64,000 nt of DNA from Selaginella moellendorffii. Its lineage: Eukaryota; Plantae; Lycopodiophyta. Positions 25,192-36,811 of the stretch are shown in pieces; position 1 is the first letter of the stretch, and every line of letters begins with the position of its first letter. The position numbers were made by a program, and so were the translations under genes. The notes below the pieces were generated by a model. That model made no database searches, was not told the origin of the DNA, and saw nothing but the letters and a program-made list of their open reading frames with translations. Where the stretch lies: contig NW_003314309.1 of the NCBI RefSeq assembly GCF_000143415.4, forward strand, positions 260,300-324,299. Reading direction: 5' to 3'.

Positions 25192-27441
25192 ATGGACGTG
25201 GCGAGCAGCAATGCCGCGCTCATGCGGCGGATCGTGCAGCTAGAGAGTGGTAATCTCTTGTAATTTCACACGCGCTGGCTTTCTTCTGATGGATTGAGCG
25301 TAGAGCGCGATGAGCTGCGGCGGGATGTGGAGGCCCTGTGCATGCAGCAATCTGGAGAGCGCTCCGGCGGTGATTTTATGTCTCGGTTGCAAGCTCGCAG
25401 GTCTGATTTCCTCTTCTTGTTGTCTCTCTCATTCAATTGATCCCTGAGATTTTTTCTGGGTAGGCTTGCTGGATTGGAGCAGGAATTGGAAGCTTACAAG
25501 AACAAAGTGTCGGCGTACAAGCGAGAGAATGAGAATTTGCAAGAAGAGCTCTCCGAGCTTTACAAGATAAAGGTTTATCGATTTTTTTTGTCTGGATTTT
25601 GTGTACGGCTTTTTGAGACTTTCGTTCTTTTGATTCTTCCGTAGAGTCAAGTGTCGGAGCTTTACAAGAACGAAAGCGAAAAGGTAAATGTTTTGGAATT
25701 TTGTTGGTAAATGACACCAATGTTCGTTGGCAGCACAAGAAGCTGGAGCAAGAAATAAAGTTTTTCCAAAACAACATGGCTTCCTCAATTAGTGAAAGGG
25801 ACAAGCTTCTTCTTGAGGTATGTGCTGAATTTTTATGGTTATGCATTAGGAAACTATTGACGCAGATAGAAAGAATTCAAAATCACGGACAATCACTTGA
25901 AGAAGATCTTAAAGTTTTTCGCCGCAGGCAAGTCTCCTGGTTCTTTTCGTCTTCTTCATGCACCGTTGTTTTCCAGGCAGAAGGAAATGTTGCAGGAAAA
26001 CGAATTAAAAAGCGCCCGTTTGGAAGAAATGGACGAAAACATGGAGAAACTGAATGCTCAACTGCACGTCTATCACCAGGTTCAGCATGGTGAAAGTGTT
26101 GTCTTTGTGACGTAAAGAAGCACTTGACTGCTGAGTTAACTAACAGGTTGTCCACAAATTCTGGCGCCTCCGATCTTCAAGTGAGATGGCGGAAGACACA
26201 GACGCGCTTGAGCAGGCGAAATCTCTCGTATCGGATGTAGACGGATCGTGGAGTTTTGGTGAAGTCGCTGAACTGGAAAAGCAACTACGGCACAAAGTTG
26301 AAAGCCTTGAAACCACCAATGTAAGCTTTTACCTTGTCTACTTAACGTCTCAGACTAACGTTTCAACTGTCAGGTCTCGCTGGAAAAAGATTTAGCCTCT
26401 GTAAAAGCTGAAGCTGACCACTTACGAGATGCTAAAGAAAAGGCGGAGTCCTCCGTTGTCGATCTTGAGATGCGCCTGGTAAAAATGGATGTCGTGATCA
26501 CCTCAGGGATTTAACTTTGATTTTCCAGTTGAAATTTGGAGTATACCTTGGTAGCGCGATGCAAGAGCTTTACATGTGTCATAGAAGGTTGAAGAATGAT
26601 GTTTCTACTATGTTTAAGGCCGAAAAGACCTTCCTCGAGGCTACTTTGACTTCTTTCCAAGAGATTGCAGATAAAATCAAGACAGCTGAGACCAGTTGTT
26701 CTACAACAGGAAGCCGAATCACGTCGGATACGAGCGACACGGGAACAAGCAGTGAGGTGAAACGAGTTTCTGTTTTTATTTTTCTTTTCAAGCAGAGAGA
26801 TTCATTGCAGGTTCAAGAAAACAAAAGTGCGCAACCGGTTGTTAGCCAGGACGCTTTTTTGCAAGCATTACAGGACAAGGTATATAGTTCATCGTTTTTT
26901 TTTACTGCCACATAAACGCCTGATAAAATCGTGAACTTTGCTTTAGGTGTCAGCCTTAATGTTGCTCTCGCAGGAAGAAGAGAGGCGTCACCTGGAATGC
27001 AAGACAACGGGAGCCTTGGAATATCAGATAGAACAGCTCAACGAGACATTATCCCAGGTTCGAGCTCTATACTCAATTCTCCAGCCTATGACTAACTTGT
27101 TTAAACATGTAGGTGACACTGGAAAAAGTGGACGCTTTGATGCAAGTCGCGCGGCTTAAGTACGAGTGCGACGAGTTGAAAGATCGCGAAAGGTTTATCC
27201 TGTTTTTTTTTTCACTCCATTAAAAAAACTGCTCTTTTTCTCTTGCAGGGATTTATTGAAACGTCTTGAGAAGCCGTCTAGCTCAAACACCGGTGGGAGA
27301 TTACTACCAGCTAGCTGGGCTGCAACCACAGAGCCTATAGACGTCGTCGAGGAGGAGATTACACAAGAAAAAAAGCAGCCATCGACGACATCGACGAGTT
27401 ATCTCAAGTCCTGGTTGAGGGGTGGCGGCGGCGGAGAGTAG
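25192..27441 (+). CDS. Coiled-coil myosin-heavy-chain-related protein (MEE13-like)
   Basis: Spliced N-terminus MDVASSNAALMRRIVQLESERDELRRDVEALCMQQ...LEQEIKFFQ...SERDKLLLE, and KVSALMLLSQEEERRHLE. Many short introns; the 3' end is approximate. Confidence 0.75.
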
Positions 27442-27580
27442 AACCACACTTTGTCAAATTTTCTTGTACGCATGGAGTTCTCCAGGTAGAGTTTCTTTTT
27501 TAAGATCGTATTGTTCTTCACAGGTAGCTAAGAATGTATGTTTCTTTCCAGCGTTTGTGGGAAAAAGTTAAGAATTTCGT

Positions 27581-29525
27581 TTACTCCCACTCGACAGTAG
27601 CGGGAGGTTTCGAAGTGAAATCATAAGCCACACGATTGACTCCTCTAACAGTGTTGCAAATCTTTCCAGTGACGTCTTTCACAAACTTGTTCTTGAATTC
27701 ATACCTGCAGCCACCAACAAAAGAATCGTGAGTTTCAGAGTCTACTGATCGATCAAAGCTTTCGGCTTACGTGTCAGCAGTCATGCCATCTTCGCTCGTT
27801 ATGGCTCTCAAGATGACGGGATAGGCATGCGTCCTCCTGTCTCCTTGGACTCCCACGGTCTTGACGGGAATCAGAACAGCGAAAGCTTGCCAGATCTCGT
27901 CGTAAAGACCGGCCTCTTTTATACTGTTCACGAAGATCTCGTCCGCCTAAATCTCAAAACGTCAAGGCCTCGCTCGAGGGAATACATTTCTTTTACCTGT
28001 CTCAGCATCTCCAAGTGGCTTTCCGTGACTTCTCCAAGGATACGCACAGCCAAGCCGGGGCCAGGAAAAGGATGCCTCTTTAGAAAGCTCTCTGGAACTC
28101 CAAGTAGTTTTCCAAGCTTCCTCACCTGGAAGAGTAGCAAGTGCTAAGAAATGGAATAGAAAAAAAAAACCAAACCTCGTCCTTGAAGAGCCATTTTAGC
28201 GGCTCCAAGAGCTTCAACTTCATCACTGCAGGGAGGCCTCCAACGTTATGGTGACTTTTGATCGTGTGCGAGTGACCCTTTCCACTTCCAGGCGGCGGAC
28301 ACGACTCGATCACGTCGGGGTAGAGCGTTCCCTGGACCAAAAAGGTTGCCGTCTTGCCGAGTTCTTCCTCGAGGTGGCAAGCAAACTTGTCAAACACGGA
28401 GATAAACTGTGCTCCGATGATCTTGCGCTTCTGCTCTGGATCGGTGACGCCACGCAGACGTGAAAGAAAATCCGTGCTTGCGTCCACGCAGACAACAGGG
28501 AGGTGTAACTCACGCTTGAAGGTTTCCATTACTCGCTCTTGCTCTTTATATCTGCAGTGACATCACTTTAGACAATCTTTTGCCATTAGAAAACTTTTAA
28601 CTTACCTGAGAAGGCCATTGTCCACGAAGACGCAGTGGAGGCGATCTCCAAGAGCTTTGTGTACGAGCGTCGCTGCGACGGTGGAATCCACCCCTCCGGA
28701 CAGAGCACAGATTGCGTGCTCGTTGGGTCCTACTGCCGATTTGATCAGCTCGATCTGTTCTTCCAAAAGGTCCTGGAGTTTCCAGTCGTCCACCACGCCA
28801 CCAATGTCGAAGAGAATGCGTCGTAGAGTCTGGATTCCCTTGGGTGTATGAGTAACCTGGATCAAACAAAAACAATGTAAGTAGAAAAACCAAAGAGAGA
28901 ACGTATCCAAAGAGAAAAAAAACTAGTTCTATCCATCAAGAAACAAAAGAGAGAACAAGTACTCTACCTCGGGATGATACTGCAATCCAAAAATTCCCAG
29001 ATCGGTGTTTTCGATCGCCGTGATAGTTCCCTGGACACTCTTTGCCACCACGTTAAATCCCGGAGGAAGCGTCACAGCTTCGTCACCATGGCTCATCCAC
29101 ACCGCCTGCGTCATCATCTCTGGATCGTCCCCGTAGAGCTTAGATCCCAGACTAGCACGAATTTCCGTGCTCCCATACTCCTGGCTATCGGCGGGCTTGA
29201 CCACTCCCCCGAGTTCCTTGACGATCAGCTGGAGCCCATAGCAAATCCCCAGCACCAAGACCTTCTTCTCCCTCACGTAATCAAAGAATCCATCGGGCAC
29301 GGTGGGAGCGCCTGGCTCGTGGACGGAATGCGGTCCACCGGAGAGGATTACGATCGAGGGCGTGAGCTTGGCGATGGCGTCGAGCGATGCGCCGGCGGAG
29401 AGGCAGAAGGAGCACACACCTAGCTGGCGGACGCGGCGCGTGATGAGATGCGTGTACTGCGATCCAAAATCCATCACCAGCACCACATTGTGCCGCGACG
29501 CCTCCTCCTCCATCGCCATTGCCAT
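27581..29525 (-). CDS. guaA: GMP synthase (glutamine-hydrolyzing)
   Basis: [64 protein letters not shown]; ends [10 protein letters not shown]. Confidence 0.97.
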
Positions 29526-30503
29526 CGCGCCGCGAAAGAAAGAATGCCCGAGGGTTTAGGGCTTTAGAGTAGATTATAGCCGTCAGATTTCTCCAAGCCA
29601 GTTCATGGCCGTCCGATTTTACACGTCATGCACCACTCGCCATGTCCGATTTCCGTGCCACGTCACGTCACGTAAAAACACGACATGTGGCGTTCTGTTG
29701 CCACGCAAGCGCAACGTCGCGATGGTTGGGCCGTCGGATCACTGACGTGGCGAATCGAACGGTCACCGCAGCGTTTCGCGCCGGAATGGTTTTTAACTTA
29801 TTCTTGCCGCGCATTCTACTCTCATAGCGCGATGGCTCGCCCGAGAAGCACGCGGACTCCTCCCTCTCTTATGCGAAGGCGCCGCAGGCATAGAAGAGGA
29901 GTAAGTGATCGATCGATCGACCGCAACTTCTAATTCCTCTCTTCTTTCTCTTTTGTGATCGCAGAAACGCAGAAGAAGAAGAAGCCACCGAAGAAGATCC
30001 GCGGCCACCAATCCCGACACCAATCTCCTCGACGACTAAGCCGATCGATCGAATGCCTCTCCTTAGAATCCAAAATCTTGTGACAACACCCATCCATCTC
30101 CGGATGCAACTGTGAATAAAAATTTCCCCCCCATTTGATTGCACATTTTAGGGTTTATGGGGTTTTGCGAGCGATGGCTATGGCGCACCTCGCCAAGAAA
30201 GTGCCATTCCTCTGCCGGCAGTCAAGAAGGGCATTTTTCACGGCTTTCAAAGATTTTGCAAGGGACACAGGCTATCGCTTCCGGATTTGCGCTCTTCCAG
30301 GTCTGTTTCTAGAGTTCAGCGATCAAGATCAACCATGGTGTAAGTTCTTGCGGGACGCTTCGATCGCGTCTTTCTAGAATTTTATTTTTTCTTCTCAGAC
30401 ATTTTCGCGGCTTTTCAGGTGTTTTCGAGTTCGATCGGACAATTTCTTGGAGGAAGTTGCTCTTCATGCAAGTTCTTCGAGGAGCATTTGGAGCGATCTT
30501 TCT

Positions 30504-31492
30504 CTAGAACTGTGCGCCGGTCGTGAAGGTTTGTCCGAATTTCCAATTTCGCGGCACTACGTCGAGAGCTATCCTGCTCTCGCCATCGCTGGTACTCACA
30601 ACGAAAGACAGGCCTTGCTCTAGCATCGACCGGTTGGAAATATGCCAGTTCTGGCCCCAAGCGCGAGTCGCCGGCGTCCAAGATCTTGATCCTTTGACAA
30701 CCACGCTCCGGACATCTCCCGCTCCACCAACGTTGGAGATCATCACCAAGATGAACCATTTGTTGCCACGCATCGTGAAACGAATGCCACCCTGCCTCTT
30801 GCACTCGACTCTACACAAGATCATCGTAAGTCAGTGTGATTTCATGACTTATGGTGTGCTACCTTGTGTAGATGACTGGAATGATTCCTGCGGTCCTGTT
30901 CGCGAGGTGAACGAAGGCCGGCATGGAAAGATCGAAGTGTTGCTGTGGGTAGTTGCACCATCCTCCTCGGTAGCTCTTGCGAGCGGGATTTGGAGGGCAG
31001 AAGTTCGTGGCGGTGACGGTGATGGAGAGATTGCCGGGACGGCACCACTTTGGATCCTGATGGCACTTGAGCTCGTAGCAAGCTCCACAGGAAGCTCCGT
31101 TCTGGAACAAGACGGTGCTCAGAGCGGTGGTCTCCACTCCAAAGCCTTCGTGGTACATGTTGCCATAGCCGCAAGCTCCTCCTGCGAGAGAAGATCGAGC
31201 CAAGAAGACACACGCAAAACAAGCACATCACGGTCAGTTCTTCTCTTCGCTCTCCTTTGTTTTCGTTCTTTCTTTCCCAGAGATCTTGTGGAGGAAGTCT
31301 TTACGAATCGATGGCTCTTTGGCAGGAAAGACGAAGCGAAACTTTACCCATTGTTCCCGACGCGTCCGAGCCGCCATAGTACGTTGCGTGAGCTAAAGTC
31401 CAGCCCTCTGGAGTAGCTTGCTTCTCGCGTTCTTGAGCTGCCGCGAGAGAGAGGAAGAAGAGAGGAAGAAGAACACAAGAAGCCATCTCCAT
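30504..31492 (-). CDS. EXPA: Alpha-expansin
   Basis: Signal peptide; [61 protein letters not shown]; two introns. Confidence 0.96.
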
Positions 31493-31733
31493 CTCTAAAA
31501 CTCTTGCAAGAAACTCAAATAGAAAGATTAACGGGTAGAAATCTATAACGGTTTTCATATACTTTAAAATATTATGGTTTAGTACTAAACCTAAATTATC
31601 AAATCAAGAATTAGCATGCTTATATTTAGTGGAAATTAATTTTGATTGTTGCTTTTATTTTTTAGTAAACTTAAATTTAAGCAGGAATTCTCACTATATA
31701 AACAGGGTTAGTTGGATGATATTTTAAAAAAAA

Positions 31734-32025
31734 ATGGGTTTAGAGAAAAAGTTTTTTGTGTTTCTGCTAGTGATAATTTTGATTGTTAATACGCATTGTG
31801 CTAGTCCTGCTCCCTCAAATCCAGATGCTCCTCACGTGGTTAAATTGACAGATGAAGATTCACGTAAGTATAATGCCAAAAAAATATAATTTTTTTCTAA
31901 CTTTTTAATTTTTCTTTTTCTCAGACAATGTGAAATGTTGGAGGAGGTGTATTGAGAAACCAAAGCACTGGTGCTGGTATTGGGGATGTTGTTATATTCC
32001 ACCTGCATCTCCCTCACCCTCTTAA
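31734..32025 (+). CDS. Small secreted Cys/Trp-rich peptide (76 aa, two exons)
   Basis: TATATAAA at 31695; exons 31734-31863 and 31925-32025 around a GTAAGT...CTCAG intron. Protein: MGLEKKFFVFLLVIILIVNTHCASPAPSNPDAPHVVKLTDEDSHNVKCWRRCIEKPKHWCWYWGCCYIPPASPSPS*. Confidence 0.7.
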
Positions 32026-32263
32026 AAAGAAGATTTACCATATTCTAATCTAATTTTTCACACCAACACCTCAAATTTACTGTATTGTGAATTCTTACCA
32101 TCATCCTGATATTCACCTCTTTGTTAAACATTTGACGTTGTTCAATTAAAAAACACTCACACTTGGAATCTTCCCTCTGTCGCGAAAATTTTAAAAATCT
32201 CTTTTTGGAGCATTTTGGGGCATATTCGTCTACTTCCTAGACTTTAGGGCTCATCCATCCGCA

Positions 32264-34799
32264 ATGAATCGGTCCTTTGCGGGAATGGGCGAGGAGTGGA
32301 GGATGAATTTGGGGTTGTCGAGGCTCATTGGCGAGGCCATGGCGGTTCCAGCGTGGGAGTATGCCATTCTCTCCACTCTCATTGCGATTGTGCTCCTCTA
32401 CCATGTCCTGGATTTCCATTTCGTCGGCGACCTCCTCACGGGGCTCAGGGGCGATAAGGTGGAGCTCGTTTATAGCCCTTTCTCTCGAATTGCGGGGCAA
32501 ATTCTCGCCAAATCCCAGTTCTTCAATCGCAGGTTTGTGAGTGATTTCTTTCGTGTCGATTTGGATGTGAAAACTTTTGTGGTTTCTTCGATTTGTTAGA
32601 TATTGGCCAACGCCATGGCTTTGTAGTCCACACCTCCAAACAGCGTTTGTGCATTTCCATGGACGGCCACCAAAGGTGACTTACAGGAGGTGAGACATCA
32701 TTCTCCCATCTCTTTCGCGTTTTTTCACAAGGATGTATCAGAGAGCTTTTCGTCGCGCCAGACGGAGGCACGACTGCTCTCGACTGGCTCGATCCAGGTT
32801 CGTCAAAAACTAAAAGAAAATCTATATTAGCTTGACTAATATCGTGTCCTTTGCTAGAGTCATCTGGAGATATCTCTATACAAGAGACTCCTATAGTGAT
32901 CATCGTGCCGGGACTAAGCAGTGAATCGAGCAACGCTGTAAGTTTTCTAGACGTGAAATGTTTCCACGGTTGAAGAACTGGACTTTCTCTTCATGCAGTA
33001 TATGAAGCATTTGGCCCATGGAATGGTAAATCAAGGCTGGAGAGCCGTCGTCATAAACCACAGAGGCCTCGGAGGCGTGACTCTCACCGTAAGCTTTGCG
33101 TGAAGAGCTTTATCTTCCTTCCATTTCTTTTCTTACTCTATTGTTTAGTCGGAGCGATTCTATCACGCAGGATGGACGAGCGATTTGAGATGGTTCATCC
33201 AGGATTTACACAAGCAATTTCCTAAGGCACTTCTTCTAGCAGTTGGCACCAGCCTCGGTGCTAATATCCTGGTACCTTAAGATCTGTGTTTTCTAGTTCT
33301 TTTAACGTTGTCATTGGGATTTTAGGTGAAGTATCTAGGTGAAGAAGGCGAGAACACTTTACTTGGTGGTGCAGTCTCTATCTGTAATCCCTGGGATCTT
33401 GTGGTGCGTCTGTGTGGAAAAACTTTATTTCTCATTCTTTCTTCTTTTTTCTTTTTACTTTGCAGGTTTGCGACAGATTTATAGCTCGAAAACCTGTCCA
33501 AAAGCTCTATGATAAAGCAGTAGCAACGGGACTTACTGACTTTGTGCACAGGTAAGTTGTTGCTTTCGATGCTGTGGATTTTGGTTACAACTTGGTTTTC
33601 CTTTGTGTGAGCAGGCATTCGACCGTGCTGTCAAGTATGGACAACTGGAACTTTATCAGGAAGGTAAACACTTGACGGCTTTCTGATTTTTCATGTTTTT
33701 TTTTTTTTCTTCTCTCCTGCAGTCACGCTCTATACGAACTTTCGATCATCTTTTCACGATAACTGTCGGCAAGTTTGAGGTAAAACACATCTTACTTCTC
33801 TCGAACGATTTTCATGAAACTGCATGAAATTCTCTCGTTTGCAGACAGTGGATGATTACTATCGACGGTCCAGCAGTGCTCACCTCGTTGGCTCTGTCGC
33901 CGTGCCCCTCCTTGCTGTTAACTCTCGCGACGATCCTTTGTGCACAAAAGAAGCTATTCCATGGGACGAATGCAGGTAAATCGTCGTCCATATTTTCCAC
34001 CAAACGTTTAATTTGATGGCAACTCCTTTTCAGGCTCAATCCTAATGTCCTACTTGCAGTGACACAACACGGTGGCCACCTTGCGTACTTTGAAGGCTTG
34101 ACTGCCAAAAGCATTTGGTAAAATCCGTTTTTTTCGTAGACTTGTTTCTTGATTTATTCTTCTCTATGCGTTCCAGGTGGGTTCGTGCTATTGAGGAGTT
34201 TTTCCAAGTTATAGTTTCGAGTTCTCCGGTGCAAGTTTCAGAGGTTTGAAAAACGAGAAAAGTTTCATTATAACTTAACGCAAGTTTTTTGTTTGAGCGC
34301 TGTAGGATCCTAGTCCCCAGCCAGTCTCAGAACCTTTGCCAGTAGCAGCAGCAGCGGAAGAGCCCTCCACCTCTTCTACAACTGTGGAGCCGGACGTTGC
34401 TGAAACGATGGTGCTGAACGAGGAAGAGATCTTTTCCGAGGAATCTAATCGAGAATTCGAGTTCCAGCCTCGAACGGCTGCTGCAGAGCTAGAATCCTCC
34501 ATTTCGATGGACGGAGAGGGCCTCAGCATCCACTTGTGCTTGAAGACTCGCCAGGAGATGCTTGCGCTCCAGCGTGCCTTGTCCAGTATCCTTGAAGAGG
34601 TAACGTTTTCTTTCTTTCGGTTCCTTACTTGATCTTGGGTGTTTTACAGCCTACGAGTAAGAAGCAGCAAAAACTCGAAGCTTCGACAATTGGAACCAAG
34701 CAAGCACTGTTGCTGCTAGCTGTTCCTCTTGTTGGTTCAGCTGTTGCGCTCGGCTTGCGACGAAAATACTTCGAAAAGCTGCTAAGGAGGATCATATAA
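32264..34799 (+). CDS. Alpha/beta hydrolase, ABHD1-3/EMB8-like, with C-terminal hydrophobic anchor
   Basis: YWPTPWLCSPHLQT, DGGTTALDW, NHRGLGG, GTSLGANIL (nucleophile), DDPL, HGGHLAYFEG. The start Met is uncertain (32264/32285/32339). Confidence 0.88.
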
Positions 34800-34899
34800 A
34801 CGCAATATGATAGAATAATCGTAATAATCCACAACTATTGAACCATAGAAAGTATGACACATTCGAATCCTTAAAGATTTAAAGAACTTGAATCGTAGT

Positions 34900-36600
34900 T
34901 TACGAAGTTTGTACACTTGTGCGCAACATGGTTGAAAGAAGAATGTACAGTTTGGAAGAATCCACATCTAACCTGCAACGAAACCTTTCAGGATTTTGGA
35001 GAAACTTTGCGTCCCCAGCACGAGCAAGGAGATCCTCCACACAAATCAAGAGCTCCGGTGTTGCTGAAATCTCGTAGTCTCCAGCCATGGCAAGGAAGAA
35101 CCTTAGGCCATCACAGACACGGCCCGAGTGATTGCAAGCAGAAATAATTGCTGCAAAGGAAACATGGTCAGGAATCACACCTTCCATAGCCATTCTTTGG
35201 AACATCTCAAAGGAAAACGTAGAAGTTTGGGCTCGAGCGCCACAGATTATGATGGAAGTCCACGAAATAGCATCCCTATCGGGCATTGATTCAAACAAAT
35301 GCTCAGCTCGTTCTACAAGCCCGGACTGGGAATACGCAGAAAGCATGGCATTGCAAGCTTCCAAGCTTTTAAATGGCATATTCTCCAGCATCTTTTCTGA
35401 CTGCTGGAGACAACCATGCTTCCACGATGCCGTGATGGCAATGGTCCACGATGCCATGTCGAGATATGGCATCTTTTCAAGCAGAGCGTACAGTTGTGAA
35501 AGATGCCCGGCTCGGGCATATGCTTCAAGCATCTTGTTCCAGGAAACGATGCTTCTCACTGGCATAGAATCAAAAAGATGCTCGGCCTGGTCAAGGTGGC
35601 CATAGAGAGAGTACGTGGAGATCATGGCCGTCCACGACACAACACTACATTCTGGAATATTCTCAAAAATCTCCCGGGCTGCTTCTAACTTACCCGCTTG
35701 TGCATGGCAGGCAAGTAAGGTGTTCCACGATACCGTACACCATTGTGGCATTCTTCGAAAGAGCATATCCGTGTCGTACACATGCCCAGAGTTAGCAAAT
35801 GCCACTAGCATGGCATTGTACGTCACAATATTTCGTAGAGGCATATTCTCAAACACGCCCCACGCATTTACAGCGTCTCCGTGTTGTCCATACACCGCTA
35901 GGAGCGTGGTATCCGTCACAAGATCCCTCTCGGGGAGCTCTCCGTACAGTAGCTTCGTGCTGTGGAGATGCCCTCCCTGGGCATATGCCGCAAGCATAGC
36001 ATTAAAGGAGACTATGGTCCACTGGGGGAACAAAGAGAAGAACCACTCCACTTTTGACACGTGGGCAGAGTGTGTATAGGCAGTGAGCATCGCGGTCCAG
36101 GACACAATGTCTTTCTCTGGCATTGAATGGAAAAGATTCTCGGCTTCGGCAATATTCCCAGACTGGGAATATTCCTGAAGCATCAGGTTCCACGAGAGGA
36201 GGGTGTGTGCTGGCATGGAATCAAAGAGGATCTTGGCTTGTTCGCGGAATCCATGCTCGCTATACATTTTGATAAGAGTGTTCCATGTCACGGGCGATTT
36301 GTCCTCCATCCCATCAAAGATGTTTTTTGCTTGATCGAACTTGCCATTGCGAGCATAGGCCTGGATGAGAATGTTGCAAGAGAAGAGATTGGGCGCCTCT
36401 AAGGCTTGGAATGCGCGCTGGGCTCCCTCCAAATCGCCAGTCTTCCCATACATCTCGATCAGGAGATTGACGAGGTATTTGTTCTTCCGCAATCCATGGC
36501 TCCCCAAAACTAGTTTGCGAGTGTGATTTGTCTCAGAGCCACACTGTTTGATGAGTGTCGCCACAGATCCAATCTCCTCACCAGCGGCAACCACGGGCAT
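34900..36600 (-). CDS. PLS-class pentatricopeptide repeat protein
   Basis: Single 566-aa ORF with ~31-aa repeats such as (I/V)VSWTAMLxAYxxxG...FxxMP, and the PDHVSFAAIISACNHSG motif. The C-terminus may be truncated (no DYW). Confidence 0.93.
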   Translation of the reverse strand: MPVVAAGEEIGSVATLIKQCGSETNHTRKLVLGSHGLRKNKYLVNLLIEMYGKTGDLEGAQRAFQALEAPNLFSCNILIQAYARNGKFDQAKNIFDGMEDKSPVTWNTLIKMYSEHGFREQAKILFDSMPAHTLLSWNLMLQEYSQSGNIAEAENLFHSMPEKDIVSWTAMLTAYTHSAHVSKVEWFFSLFPQWTIVSFNAMLAAYAQGGHLHSTKLLYGELPERDLVTDTTLLAVYGQHGDAVNAWGVFENMPLRNIVTYNAMLVAFANSGHVYDTDMLFRRMPQWCTVSWNTLLACHAQAGKLEAAREIFENIPECSVVSWTAMISTYSLYGHLDQAEHLFDSMPVRSIVSWNKMLEAYARAGHLSQLYALLEKMPYLDMASWTIAITASWKHGCLQQSEKMLENMPFKSLEACNAMLSAYSQSGLVERAEHLFESMPDRDAISWTSIIICGARAQTSTFSFEMFQRMAMEGVIPDHVSFAAIISACNHSGRVCDGLRFFLAMAGDYEISATPELLICVEDLLARAGDAKFLQNPERFRCRLDVDSSKLYILLSTMLRTSVQTS

Positions 36601-36620
36601 TTCAAAAGAAATTTAACAAA

Positions 36621-36676
36621 TGCTTTCAGTGAGGTTCGAACTCACGACCTCTCACTTACGAAACCATTATGCTATG
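36621..36676 (-). pseudogene. Defective tRNA-Thr(CGT)-like sequence
   Basis: Minus strand: ATAGCATAATGGT-TTCGTAAGTGAGAGGTCGTGAGTTCGAACCTCACTGAAAGCA. The T-arm and 3' acceptor strand are intact with a CGT anticodon. The 3' D-arm and 5' anticodon stem are missing and the 5' acceptor strand does not pair. Confidence 0.7.
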
Positions 36677-36811
36677 GTTGAAATAGGCAAAAGATGCATT
36701 GTATTGGTGGCAAAATGTGACAATACAATACTTGAGAAAAATACTGTCAGCATTCATCTCATCAGTCAAGAAGAAGCTTGATTCCTTTCAAACCGAAACA
36801 TCTTTCAAAAA

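Noticed and set aside
21712-29525. A functional gene cluster among the housekeeping genes
   Set aside because: The functions are unrelated, and the proximity is explained by genome compactness.
30523-31416. 297-aa plus-strand ORF
   Set aside because: It is the antisense shadow of the expansin gene.
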